Source: Candidatus Latescibacterota bacterium
Lineage (GTDB): Bacteria > Latescibacterota > UBA2968 > UBA8231
NCBI GenBank assembly: GCA_965197905.1
Contig: CBDAOB010000004.1
Coordinates: 832,001-896,000 of the forward strand
Reading direction: 5' to 3'
DNA: 64,000 nt
This document shows, one piece after another, positions 20,950 through 31,290 of this stretch. The notes beneath the pieces are model-generated. The model ran no database searches, was not told the DNA's origin, and was given only the letters and a program-made list of their open reading frames with translations. Every line of letters begins with the position of its first letter. Within the stretch, counting starts at the first letter, position 1. A program made the position numbers and the translations under genes.

Positions 20950-22585
20950 TCACACCTGGTAGGCGAACACCTTGGCCTGGAACATCGTAAGTCTGATGGC
21001 CAGCATCTCGCCGAGGCGGGAGATGTCACTCCTGCCCTGCCAGGTGACCACCTGGTCGAGACAGTCGCCCGTCAAGCGGTCACATTCTTCAAAGGTGAAG
21101 CCGGGAAGTGGGTCCACGTCTCCGTGGAACATGGAGGGGATCATGTGCAGCAGCTCCACGCTGACCCAACCGCCAGGCTTGCAGCGGTAGTTCAGCCGCA
21201 GCTCGTCGTTGCGGCGGCTGATTGTGGGTATGGTGAATCGCCCCGCGGCGGCCGCCCTCTATGCCGCAGAAGCGATGGGGCTGCCACAGGGCCCATCCTG
21301 GCTTCATTGGTTGTCGCTGGGGGAATAAGGATGGCTCAAACCCCTCCTTGATGTTGTGCAGTCTCGAATACCCCATGTAGGGAACGCCCCAATAGCCATC
21401 CGGCAGCTGCACGACACCGGACAGCCAGCTCATAACCATGCAATCTTCCCCGCTGCCCGGGGGGCCGAGGTTTATGATGGCCTGTCGCTCCGGGCGGTAC
21501 CAAATAAGACCGTCGCGGCTGAAGGCTATCTGCACATCCATCTGACCTGTTATCTGGTGGAAGATGGGTACGGTCATGCCGTGGATGTCCGTGCGTCCTG
21601 GATAAGGGAAGTAGTTGTGGCTGTAGAAAGAGATGTCCAGGTCATCCTGGGAGTCCGGGTGCATCGTGAGCTTGGGTGCCGGCCAGTGGCGAAAATCCCT
21701 GGTTCTGGCGATTCCATTGGCCCTGCGGACGATCTCCGTCTCCTGCGCACCCGTGCCAATGCCCATCGGCTCCTCCGGGGGGAAGCCCTGGGGCTGCATG
21801 TAGGCGAAATAGGTACCACTCTCTGGCTCGTACCCGGCGGCGATGCCCCCGTTGACGGAGTAGTCTGCCAGGGGCTCCTCTATCCGCTTCCAGTGGAGGC
21901 GGTCTGGGGAGGTCCAGCCGACCATCCACCCCCGCAGCACCACCTTGCGGCCACGATACTCCAGCCCTTCGTACTGCATAGCGTCCCATCGCTTGACGGC
22001 CTCATTCCCCGGGCCTTCCGGACCCACATCGTCTAGCTGCTCCCACGTATCCGGGTCATACCAGTGGCCTTCGGCTCCCATTGCCTTGAAGCGCTCGTCA
22101 GGCGGCGCCGAGGGGTCTTCGAAGAATCCGGATGCGCCGATGGGAGGTTGGCCAAGGAGGTTGTTCTTCTTTGAGCCGTTGTACTCCACCTCACCTAGCT
22201 CGGGACGGATCCAGTGGTAGGCGTCATCACTGACGGCGTAACACACACGAGCCCCCGAAGTGTAGTAGAGCAGGTGATGCCTCCCATCTTCCTGCCACAT
22301 ATACTTCGCACCAACTCCTTCGGCCTCCCACTCCACTTCTCCGTCAAAAGTCATGGGAACTTTGGTGGCCTTCTCGATCTTAAGCTCGACGCCCACAGGC
22401 GCATCGTAGAGGTTGTATTCGCCCTGTCTAGAAACGCAACGGTTGCCGGGAAAGACGTCCACCACATCGATCAGTGGCGTCCAGGTGCCGGGATTGCTTC
22501 TCGGGCGCACCCAATCGCCTGGATAGAAACCTTTCCATTCGCCGGTGAGCTTTCTTTCTTTGACCATCTTTTCCCTTTCCGTCAT
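20950..22585 (-). CDS. Beta-propeller hydrolase-like protein, frameshift near 21255
   Basis: YAVSDDAYHW and IAFSRDGLIW. The C-terminal domain (LRLNY...AKVFAYQV) is in the 20950 frame. Confidence 0.65.
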
Positions 22586-22599
22586 GGTGTCGGACCTCC

Positions 22600-22656
22600 C
22601 TAGGCCAGCACGGCGAAGGAATAGTGCGACTGCCGCAGATAAAAGCGTTCGGCCAT
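22600..22656 (-). pseudogene. Collapsed beta-propeller paralogue: 18-aa in-frame mini-ORF MAERFYLRQSHYSFAVLA*
   Basis: AAGGAG RBS. Start MAE and end YSFAVLA* match 24371..25807; the last 24 bp are identical. Confidence 0.75.
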
Positions 22657-22662
22657 TGTTGG

Positions 22663-24296
22663 CTACTCCTTCCCACGAACCCGCAGCTGCGCTGCGTCAA
22701 GCACGACGGCAGACGAAGCGGACTCGCCGCGGTTCTGCACCGCCACGTCCAGCTGATTCTCACCGCGACGGATCTGTCTGGCATCGAGCTTGCCCTGCAG
22801 CCACTGACCTTCCTTGGGGTTGCGGTCCGGATCGGCCGGTTCCAGCCCCTCGACCGCTGCGCCGTTGAGTTTCACCGAGAAGTCGTCGCCGGGAACCCAA
22901 TCCCACAGATGCAGGCTGAAATCGATGCTGCGCGCACCGGCAGATCCGACATCCTCGCCCACCTGAAAACCTGCGGATACGGGGAGGGTAACCTCCGGGA
23001 CTTCGGTGAAGCTATTAGGGCCTGCAAAACGCTCGATTCCGTAGAGCCTGTCTTTTCCCGCAATAGTTGCCGGTTCGCCGATCTCGCGCCACCATTGCGG
23101 CTCGCCGAACGCGGGATTGAAGAGGTAGAGCCCATCGGCGCCGGCGTTGAACAGATTCGAGGCGGCACCGCGCCATGCGGCGAGTGTGCCCTCCCAGCTG
23201 TTGAACGTGAGGATAAACGATGGTTTGCCGGCGCGTTCGGGCTGCCCCCCGCAGAGGGTCTCTATCCACGACCCGAACTGTCTGTATTTGCCATCGCTGA
23301 GACCGAGAAAAGCCCAGCGATCCCAGAAGCCCCAGGACACACAGGGGTAGACCGGCACCTCGTATTTGTGTCCCAGGGCGATGATGTCGCTGTAGGAACT
23401 GCAAAACACCGACTCCAAGTTGCCGCCGGGCATGAGCTGGTCGATCAATCCCTCCGCTAGCCACGTTTCCAGGTCGACCCCGACATGGATCGAATCGGCG
23501 AGGTTGAACGGCGTATGCGCCGCCAGCAGCAGTGGGCGGCCGCGGCGGTTGGCCTGCGCTCATCCGCCATGCGCCGGATGCGCCGCAAAAGATCGTTCAT
23601 CAGCTCCAGATGCTCCGGCTCGACGGAATTTCCCTGCAGCGATTCGCGGAAGAATGGGAAGTACTTGAAGAACTCCATGCCGATGAGGTCCACGTCGCAG
23701 TTCTGCGCCACCTCTTCGATGATGCGGAAGATGTGCTCGCGCACCTCCGGCTTGGCGAAATCCAACCGGGTCCATTGTCCTCTCGGATGGTGTTGACCGT
23801 GCTTCTCCCAGTCGCCTTCCTCACCCATCAAACAGTCGGGATGATCTTGTTTGAACGGCGCTATCCCGTAGGTCCAGCGGCGGCTTCCAGGTGGAAAGGC
23901 GTCGTGAACATCGTTCATGCGCAGGCACCAGGCTGCTTCCATGCCGTGCTCGTGGCTGAAGTCCAGTTGGATCTGGAGGGTGTCGCGGCCATACTTCTCC
24001 ACCAGTTCCAGCGGGATCTCCTTGCCGTAGAACCCTCCGAGTTTGGTGTGGTGGGAAAAGGTGAGACCCGCCATGCAACTGGCGTACCAGTTGCTGTCCA
24101 CCTGCGAGCCAATCAGAGGCGTGCTGCGAGCATCGAGGAAATCCTGTAGCAGATCTCCGCTGGCGCGCACCGTCAGGCCTTCGGAAACATAATACTCCTG
24201 CTCCACTCCGGAGCGCGCTTCGATCGCATCGTCGCCGTCGTTGTTGTAGATGATCCGGCGTTGCCGCCAGCGCGCCTTCATCCGGTCTGCATCCAT
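22663..24296 (-). CDS. GHL10-like TIM-barrel hydrolase, 2-bp frameshift near 23557
   Basis: Close paralogue of 10324..11974 with an extra GC relative to that copy. Confidence 0.75.
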
Positions 24297-24370
24297 GTCT
24301 CAATCTCCTCGCCCTCGGTTTTTCCATCCGAGAGTCCTCCTGGTGTCTCACGATCTAGCGGCCGAGGTAT

Positions 24371-25807
24371 CTAGGCCAGCACGGCGAAGGAATAAAGCTG
24401 CGTGTGCTTCAGGCAAAAGCGCAGGCGCACCGGCTGCTCGACGTCCCGCAGCTGCTTGCCGCTTTTCCAGGTCACCGTATGGCGCAGGCCATCCGACGTG
24501 ATGGGCTGACACTCGTCTCGTGTCAAACCCTCGATCGGTTCCCCGTACAGGTTCAGTGCCTCCACCTGCAGCAATCCCTGGGAAGCATCGGCGTTCACTA
24601 CCAAGCCGCCGCCGCCGTCAAAACGTAGCCCCCTGGTCACCAGCATCCCTTCCTCGTCACCCGCATCGAGCGACACAAAACCATCCAGTCGCAGTTGCGC
24701 CAGACCGAGGAAATCCCCCACCATCTCGCATCCATCAATCGTTTTGCCAAGGAAATCTGCAATGTTTAAGTGCGGCACATTCGACCCCCGATAGTAGATC
24801 CAGATCTCGTCGTCCCGCACGAACGCCTTCTCTCCATAGACGCGTCTTGCATCCCACGTCCCCGGAGTTCCCCTCAGAAAGCACTGGCGGCTGCCCACCC
24901 GCGACCATTCCTTGCCGTCGCGACTGAAGGCCAGTTGCAAATCGAGGGTGTAGTTGAAGCCGGCGAGCGGTCGGGGATCGTCCGTGAACTCGTGGTAGAC
25001 GGTGAGAAACCCGACATAGCAACCCTGGTAAGGCAGCACGTGCATATAGTAAAAATCAATGCCGGGGCCGTCCCTGTCGTCAGGGGTGATGATCTCCTCC
25101 ACGCTCGTCCAATGCACGAAGTCGATACTCTCGCTGCGCCCGACGCGCCGCGTGGGAAAGGCCGAGGCGTCGGCGATCCCGCTCCACCGCTTTATGTGAT
25201 GGCCGTTGGGCCGCACGTACAGCACGTAGCGGCCATACCGCTCGTCCCAGAAAGGCAGGCTGAAGCCGTCGCCCGTTGGTTTCAGCACGGGATTGTCATC
25301 GTGGGGCGTCCACTGCAGTCCGTCCGGGGAGAAGGCGACGGCTACCCCGCCAGCGCCAGCGAAGTGCACCATCTTGTAGCGGCGTTCCGGGTCCGTCTCC
25401 GTGGTCTCTTTGAGGACCGGACCGCGCATGGGTGTGTGCAGCGCGATCAGATTGTTCGCCGCAGACCCATCGTATTCCACCAAACCCAGATCGGGACGGG
25501 TGAAGTTGACACCGTCCTCTGAAAGGGCATAGGCCAACGCCGGAACTCCTTCTGCGGTGGCTCGCGCACTATACCAGTACTTGTAGACCTTCTCCTCGCT
25601 ATCAAAAACCAGAGCCATGGGCACGATTCGCTGCCCCTCCCAGGGCTTCTCGATTTGGAAGACTGGATTTCGATCGTGTTTCACCGGCTGGTGGACAAAG
25701 CGCGAGATATTCTCCAGTCCGTCGATCAAATAATCGTCGACGAACAGCTGGCGTTCGTTGCCGATGTCCAGGACTACCGGCAGGCGGGGTACAGTGGGTT
25801 CGGCCAT
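24371..25807 (-). CDS. Beta-propeller glycoside-hydrolase-like protein
   Basis: RQLFVDD, SEDG/SPDG/SRDG boxes, RLDGFVSLDA. Confidence 0.7.
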   Translation of the reverse strand: MAEPTVPRLPVVLDIGNERQLFVDDYLIDGLENISRFVHQPVKHDRNPVFQIEKPWEGQRIVPMALVFDSEEKVYKYWYSARATAEGVPALAYALSEDGVNFTRPDLGLVEYDGSAANNLIALHTPMRGPVLKETTETDPERRYKMVHFAGAGGVAVAFSPDGLQWTPHDDNPVLKPTGDGFSLPFWDERYGRYVLYVRPNGHHIKRWSGIADASAFPTRRVGRSESIDFVHWTSVEEIITPDDRDGPGIDFYYMHVLPYQGCYVGFLTVYHEFTDDPRPLAGFNYTLDLQLAFSRDGKEWSRVGSRQCFLRGTPGTWDARRVYGEKAFVRDDEIWIYYRGSNVPHLNIADFLGKTIDGCEMVGDFLGLAQLRLDGFVSLDAGDEEGMLVTRGLRFDGGGGLVVNADASQGLLQVEALNLYGEPIEGLTRDECQPITSDGLRHTVTWKSGKQLRDVEQPVRLRFCLKHTQLYSFAVLA

Positions 25808-25825
25808 TATGCCCTCGGCCTGGTG

Positions 25826-25949
25826 CTCAGTGAGATTGTCACTTTACGGTTTCTTCTTTGAAAGCGAGCTCGCCGGGCGAAGGGAGAAAGTCCTCGACAA
25901 CTTCAAGATCCCCAAGGGCTTCGTCACTGTACTTTATTTTCGCGCTCAT
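25826..25949 (-). pseudogene. Truncated copy of BrnA/CopG-like antitoxin 5' end
   Basis: MSAKIKYSDEALGDLEVVEDFLPSP..., nearly identical to the 5' end of 28709..28972. Confidence 0.75.
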
Positions 25950-25957
25950 GGATTGCC

Positions 25958-26440
25958 TTATAGGGCTGTAATCTTGGCTCGGGAGACTGGATCTGCCAGG
26001 TGTTTGTCAATTGTCTCCTTCTTTGCGAAAGACAGGAATTTGGTCTCATTGACTGCACAGTTAAGTGGGACCGCTTCGTCGCGGAGAGATTCTCCGAAAA
26101 GGAGGTACCAGAACCATTTCTTGAGTACCAAACTCATCACGCTTTTCGGTACTTCGCCAGATTTCCGCCATCGAGTGACCGTGCTGCGGTGAATCTGCAG
26201 GCAATCCGCCACATCAGAAAATGACTTGTCCGTCAGGTCACAAAGAAACTCCAATTCGTCCATCGAGAGGGTGGTGTCACTTCCACAGATTTCGTTGGCA
26301 ATCGCTCGGTGGATCCGGTAGATCTCCTCTTCTGAAATAGCCGCAGTGCCATCGGGCAGTGAGATCAGCCGTAGCTCTGGAACAGTCCAGGTTCGACCGG
26401 CGGCCTGGTATGGGTAGTTCTTTTTAGTCTTGGTCTTCAT
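25958..26440 (-). CDS. HTH-containing protein (antitoxin-like)
   Basis: SFSDVADCLQIHRSTVTRWRKSG Cro/XRE-like HTH. Confidence 0.65.
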   Translation of the reverse strand: MKTKTKKNYPYQAAGRTWTVPELRLISLPDGTAAISEEEIYRIHRAIANEICGSDTTLSMDELEFLCDLTDKSFSDVADCLQIHRSTVTRWRKSGEVPKSVMSLVLKKWFWYLLFGESLRDEAVPLNCAVNETKFLSFAKKETIDKHLADPVSRAKITAL

Positions 26441-26813
26441 CGTCGGTATCCTTGGCGAATTGGTTTGACCGGGCGTATGCCTCAGCTTCCTGCAGGGTTC
26501 TCAGACTGGGTGACGACTCAGTGCCATCATAGAAACAGAACAGAGAAGCGTACATCACCATATCGTCCTCTATATACAGTCGGAAACAGCCGTAGTATCC
26601 GGGTCCCCTGCCGTCAGGAGAAGGGGCCCATACCGCGATCTCAACGCGATCATCAACACGGTTAGCACGTCCGAGATAGACACCCTCTCGAACGAGGTAG
26701 GGCAGTTTCTGTCGAGCCAGCGCATACCTTGGCGTTTCCGGCTGGTGGTCGACGAACCGGTGGGCAGCGGAAAGCTGTTTCACGGCGTCCCACCAGACGT
26801 GCATTTCTCCCAT
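26424..26813 (-). CDS. Hypothetical protein, toxin-like position upstream of HTH gene
   Basis: 129 aa; overlaps the HTH gene by 17 bp. Confidence 0.5.
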   Translation of the reverse strand: MGEMHVWWDAVKQLSAAHRFVDHQPETPRYALARQKLPYLVREGVYLGRANRVDDRVEIAVWAPSPDGRGPGYYGCFRLYIEDDMVMYASLFCFYDGTESSPSLRTLQEAEAYARSNQFAKDTDDEDQD

Positions 26814-26847
26814 TTGTTGAATATATCAACAATGCGCTATTGTGCAA
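26814..26847 (-). promoter_or_regulatory. Sigma70-like promoter with overlapping operator palindrome
   Basis: Minus strand TTGCAC-16bp-TATATT (with TG extended -10), 6 nt before ATG. Perfect TTGTTGA-N5-TCAACAA at 26814-26832. Confidence 0.55.
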
Positions 26848-27015
26848 CTTCGTGCGTTATGCTCTGGGCAAACAAGGCGTGGCTGACTGGAGGATCGATG
26901 CGAGGTCCGGTCGGGACCGGTGATCTGACTCAATTACCTTGCCATCGGTTCGATCGATCGGCTTTCCATCATTCCCCAGCTTGGACATGTTGCTTCGGTG
27001 CTCGTGAAGTCCCCC

Positions 27016-28488
27016 CTACTCCTTCGCCACGTACAATGCGTACACCTTCGCGTCCTCAGGCCTGAGCCCGTCGCCGTAGTTCACCTGCAAGCGGAACGTC
27101 TCCCCCGCCGGCAGCTCCTCGCGCTCCTTCCAGCGCACTGGCAACCGGAAGCCATCCTCGGTCAGCGGCACACAGGCATCCCCGGAGTACCCCGGCAGCG
27201 GATGGAACCCCTCGTCCAGCACCTCCACCGTCAGCGGCGAATGCTCGTTCAGATCAGCGTTAGCAAACACCTTCAGCGGACCGTCGCCGGCACGCAGGGG
27301 GCAGGTGATGAAGTGGGGCCGCGGCCGCGTGATCGGAAAGAACTCCCCCTCGCCGAAGATCATCTCGTCGAAGGTCTCGAAACACCCAAGCCGGTCCCGA
27401 TGCCAGCTGGCGCAGCGGACGTCGCTGCCGTAGATCATCCCGTACCACATCAGGGTCCGGTCGCCGTGGTTGACCATCGCCGGCCCGTGGCCGTGGGTAA
27501 TCGCTTTGCCGTAGCGGTTGGGTTGTTCTAGCTCGCCGATGGCGGGGATCAGCTTGAAATCAGGAATCGGCTCGCGATAGCGCAGGGCGTCGTTTGAGAC
27601 CACCAGCCCCAGGTCCATATCGATCCGGCTCTGGTCACCCATCGGGTTTCCGTGCCACATGTCGTAGACCCCGATGATCACATTGCCCCGGCTCCATAAC
27701 ATAGCGCCCTGGTGGGCTTCCTCCGACATGTTGTGGTGCGGCACCATGGGGCGTGGCGACACGTTGTCTCTGCTGAAACTGAGACAGGAGGCCTGGGTCC
27801 AGGTCTCGAAATCGTAGGAGGCGAAGGTCACCATCTTGCGGGCGATGCCGAAGTGGGAACCGTGGTAGCCGAACTCATCCTGGGAGGTGACGTAATAACA
27901 GCCGTTGTGTTTGACTACGCTGCCGGTCTCCTGGGCGGAGCCTACCGGGTTGTTGGGAGACGCCCGCCAGCGCAGGCCGTCGGCGCTGTAGGCCACCGCA
28001 AGGCTGTTAACGAATTGGTTGGCCTCGATGCACATCTTGAAGCGGCGGTCGGGATCGGGGTCATCCGGATCGTAGAGCACGGGCGCGCTGGTCAGGCAGG
28101 GCTGGCCGGCGAACAGGTCGATGATGTTGTTGTTTTTGTTGCCGTTGAACTCCACCAGGCCCAGCTTCGGTTTCTCCCAGTTAATGCCGTCCTGGCTGAC
28201 GGCATACCCCAGTCGCCGGCCCCCTTTGTCCTGGCTGCTCCAGGCCTGGTACCACATGCGCAGCTCGCCATCGAAATCGATAACGGTTCCATAGAAACAG
28301 ACCAGCTTGTCATCGGGCTCGCCGGGACTTCCGCGGCGCAGGACGATCGGGGGTTTGTTGTACGGGGTCTTTCCCGGAGTCAGCTGCAACCGCAGTCCGG
28401 TGCTGAACGGGATGCCGTGGTTGTCGAAGGGAAACAGCACCGCTTCTTCGACCGCAACGTTGGCAACCCCGTTTTGCACGTCTAGCAT
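27016..28488 (-). CDS. Beta-propeller hydrolase-like protein (tandem paralogue)
   Basis: YAVSQDGINW, YSADGLRW. Highly similar to 29282..30751. Confidence 0.7.
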   Translation of the reverse strand: MLDVQNGVANVAVEEAVLFPFDNHGIPFSTGLRLQLTPGKTPYNKPPIVLRRGSPGEPDDKLVCFYGTVIDFDGELRMWYQAWSSQDKGGRRLGYAVSQDGINWEKPKLGLVEFNGNKNNNIIDLFAGQPCLTSAPVLYDPDDPDPDRRFKMCIEANQFVNSLAVAYSADGLRWRASPNNPVGSAQETGSVVKHNGCYYVTSQDEFGYHGSHFGIARKMVTFASYDFETWTQASCLSFSRDNVSPRPMVPHHNMSEEAHQGAMLWSRGNVIIGVYDMWHGNPMGDQSRIDMDLGLVVSNDALRYREPIPDFKLIPAIGELEQPNRYGKAITHGHGPAMVNHGDRTLMWYGMIYGSDVRCASWHRDRLGCFETFDEMIFGEGEFFPITRPRPHFITCPLRAGDGPLKVFANADLNEHSPLTVEVLDEGFHPLPGYSGDACVPLTEDGFRLPVRWKEREELPAGETFRLQVNYGDGLRPEDAKVYALYVAKE

Positions 28489-28518
28489 TGCTTCAGCTTT
28501 CTCTGGGGTTCTAGGATT

Positions 28519-28645
28519 TCAAATCGTTCTCAAGCCCGCCACGTACAAGGCGTACACCTTCGCATCCTCCGGCCTGAGCCCGTCGCCGTAGTTCACCTGC
28601 AAGCAGAAGGTCTCCCCGCCAGAGAGCGCGCGCTCCGACCATCTT
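28519..28645 (-). pseudogene. 3' remnant of a third copy of the 27016/29282 gene
   Basis: GETFCLQVNYGDGLRPEDAKVYALYVAG. Confidence 0.75.
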
Positions 28646-28708
28646 GGACTCTGATTGATCTGAATTTTGCACACGTCTGCAAAATTGGGCAGCCTCGCGC
28701 GACCGGGC

Positions 28709-28972
28709 TTAGCGCTTCCGACTCGAATCGGTCGTTAGAGTACGCTTGTATTTCTCAACATATGAATCGAGGAGTTTTCGAATCATTTTCTGATAGGGCG
28801 TATTGTGCTCCTCCGCCTTCTCTTTGAAAAATTGGACACTCGACTTGCTAAGTGAGATTGTCACCTTTACGGTTTCATCTTTGAACGCGAGCTCATCGGG
28901 TGAAGGGAGAAAATCGCCGACAACCTCGAGGTCCCCAAGGGCTTCGTCACTGTACTTTATTTTCGCTCTCAT
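28709..28972 (-). CDS. BrnA/CopG-like antitoxin
   Basis: DFLPSPDEL...KVTISLSKSSVQFFK...PYQKMIRKLLDSY. Confidence 0.7.
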   Translation of the reverse strand: MRAKIKYSDEALGDLEVVGDFLPSPDELAFKDETVKVTISLSKSSVQFFKEKAEEHNTPYQKMIRKLLDSYVEKYKRTLTTDSSRKR

Positions 28973-28974
28973 GG

Positions 28975-29205
28975 ATTCCCCTGCCTTTCCTCCAATATCC
29001 GGCGCCAATGATGCGGATTACGTTGCGGCGGTAAGTAAAATGCCAGAGCCGGCCTTGCCAAAACGATAGAATCGTTCCTCCTTCGCCGTACTGTGGGTCA
29101 GGTCTTTGGCTATGACACGCTTGGGATCAGCGAATGCATATTGTGCTTCCGCGAACGCAATGCCGTGCTTCTTCTGGTTCTCAACGTCCTTCTCGGCGTC
29201 CCACA
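28975..29205 (-). pseudogene. BrnT-family toxin remnant
   Basis: WDAEKDVENQKKHGIAFAEAQYAFADP...IRIIGAGYW. The start is missing and there is an internal deletion/frameshift. Confidence 0.7.
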
Positions 29206-29281
29206 GCGGTCAGGATCTCTTACTCGTAGTTATGCCGCGCAGTGGGCTGAATATTCCCTTCGTAGCTCCGTAAGAACCCCG

Positions 29282-30751
29282 CTACTCCTTCGCCACGTAC
29301 AGCGCATACACCTTCGCATCCTCCGGCCGCAGCCCGTCGCCGTAGTTCACCTGCAGGCGGAACGACTCCCCCGTCGGCAGCTCGTCGCGTTCCTTCCAGC
29401 GCACCGGCAAGCGGAAGCCATCGTCCGCCAGCGGCACACAGGCATCTCCGGAGTACCCCGGCAGCGGATGGAAACCTTCATCCAGCACCTCCACCGTCAC
29501 CGGAGAGTGCTCGTTCAGATCGGCGTTGGCGAACACCTTCTGCGGACCGTCACCGGCGCGCAGGGGGCAGCTGATGAAGTGGGGCCGCGGCCTGGTGATC
29601 GGGAAGAACTCTCCTTCGCCGAAGATGATCTCGTCGAAGGTCTCGAAACACCCAAGCCGGTCCAGGTGCCAGCTGGCGCAGCGGATATCGCTACCGAAGA
29701 ACATGCCATACCACATCAGGGTCCTGTCGCCGCGGTTGACCATCGCCGGTCCGTGGGCATGGGTGAGCGCGCGGCCGCGGTCGTCCGGTTGCTCGGGCTC
29801 GACGGCGGCGGGGATGAACTTGAAATCGGGAATCGGCTCGCGATAGTGCAGGGCATCGTTCGAAACCACCAGGCCCAGGTCCATGTCGATCCGGTTCTGC
29901 TCACCCATCGGGTTGCCGTGCCACATGTCGTAGCACCCGATGATCACATTGCCGCGGCTCTGCAACATCGCGCCCTGATGGGCTTCCTCCGCCATGTTGT
30001 GGTGCGGCTCCATGCGCCGCGGCGGCACGTCGTCGCGGCGGAAACTGAGACAGGAAGCCTGGGTCCAGGTCTCGAAATCGTAGGAGGCGAAGGTGACCAT
30101 CTTGCGGGTGATGCCGAAGTGGGAGCCGTGGTAGCCCAGCTCGTCCTGGGAGGTGACGTAATAACAGCCGTTGTGTTTGACCACGCTGCCGGTCTCCTGG
30201 GCCGGACCCACCGGGTTGTTGGGCGATTCCGTCCAGCGCAAGCCGTCGGGGCTGTAGGCCACCGCCAGGCTGTTGACGAACTGATTGGCCTCGATGCACA
30301 TCTTGAAGCGACGGTTGGGATCGGGATCGTCCGGATCGAAGATGACGGGCGCGCTGGTCAGACAGGGCTGGCCGTCGAACAGGTCGATGATGTTGTTGTT
30401 TTTGTTGCCGTTGAACTCGATCAAGCCCAGGTTCGGTCGTTCCCAGTTGTAACCGTCTTGACTAACCGCATAACCCAAGCGCCGGGACTTGTCCAGACTA
30501 CTCTTGGCCTGGTACCACATGCGCAGCTCGCCGTCGAAATCGATGACCGTACCGTAGAAGCAGACCTTCTCGTCATCGGGCGCGCCAGGTTCGCCGGTGC
30601 GCAGGACGATGGGGGGTTTGTTGTAGGGGGTCTTTCCCGGAACCAGCTGCAGCCGCAGTCCGGTGCTGAACGGGATGCTGTGCGTGTCGAAGGGAAACAG
30701 GACGGCTTCGTCGACCTTGTTGATGGGAGCTGCGTTGTGCACTTCCAGCAT
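29282..30751 (-). CDS. Beta-propeller hydrolase-like protein (tandem paralogue)
   Basis: Near-duplicate of 27016..28488. Confidence 0.7.
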   Translation of the reverse strand: MLEVHNAAPINKVDEAVLFPFDTHSIPFSTGLRLQLVPGKTPYNKPPIVLRTGEPGAPDDEKVCFYGTVIDFDGELRMWYQAKSSLDKSRRLGYAVSQDGYNWERPNLGLIEFNGNKNNNIIDLFDGQPCLTSAPVIFDPDDPDPNRRFKMCIEANQFVNSLAVAYSPDGLRWTESPNNPVGPAQETGSVVKHNGCYYVTSQDELGYHGSHFGITRKMVTFASYDFETWTQASCLSFRRDDVPPRRMEPHHNMAEEAHQGAMLQSRGNVIIGCYDMWHGNPMGEQNRIDMDLGLVVSNDALHYREPIPDFKFIPAAVEPEQPDDRGRALTHAHGPAMVNRGDRTLMWYGMFFGSDIRCASWHLDRLGCFETFDEIIFGEGEFFPITRPRPHFISCPLRAGDGPQKVFANADLNEHSPVTVEVLDEGFHPLPGYSGDACVPLADDGFRLPVRWKERDELPTGESFRLQVNYGDGLRPEDAKVYALYVAKE

Positions 30752-31232
30752 AGCCTCAATCTCCTGTGGGGTTCGTGGGCTGCTTAGGGGATCAAACTAA
30801 TAAGGAATATGGCCGGGGGGCGCACGGATGCCAGGGTTGGGGTGATCGGTGAGCAAGTGTTGGGCAGCGGCTGCTGCCCGGTGACGGCGTCGGGTGCGGT
30901 TAGCACCGAGACCGTGGTTTGAGGATGTCACCAACGGTTGCTCCCTCGCCTTCCAGAAGGATTGATTCGACGGCGGGAAGGTCGGTGGTGAGCGATCAAC
31001 CGGTCTTCACCGCCGACATCGCTGCCACAGAGTCGTGTCGACTGACCGAGGTTTAGCGAAGCGGCGCGCTGTTTCCGGTGCTGTGTCTCGGCCACATAAG
31101 TCGTCCACAGTGGAAAGATCTGAATTGGCGAAACCCGGCCAATCACCGACCAGCGCCAAGAGGCAGTCAGGCAGTGCATTGTTATGCGCTTCTCTCTTCT
31201 CGTGATTTTCAATCAACCGTTTCACTGTCCGG

Positions 31233-31290
31233 TTTAAACATCACCTGCGGTCAAAATCATCAAAGGCCGTCAGGGCATGTAATGTTATGT
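31233..31290 (-). other. Degenerate attC-like site
   Basis: ACATAAC overlaps the stop codon; ACATGCCCTGACGG...CCGCAGGTGATGT arms. R' spacing is non-canonical. Confidence 0.4.

Noticed and set aside
27016..30751. Near-identical repeats as DGR template/variable regions
   Set aside because: No reverse transcriptase in the window, and differences are not confined to adenines. These are whole-gene paralogues.
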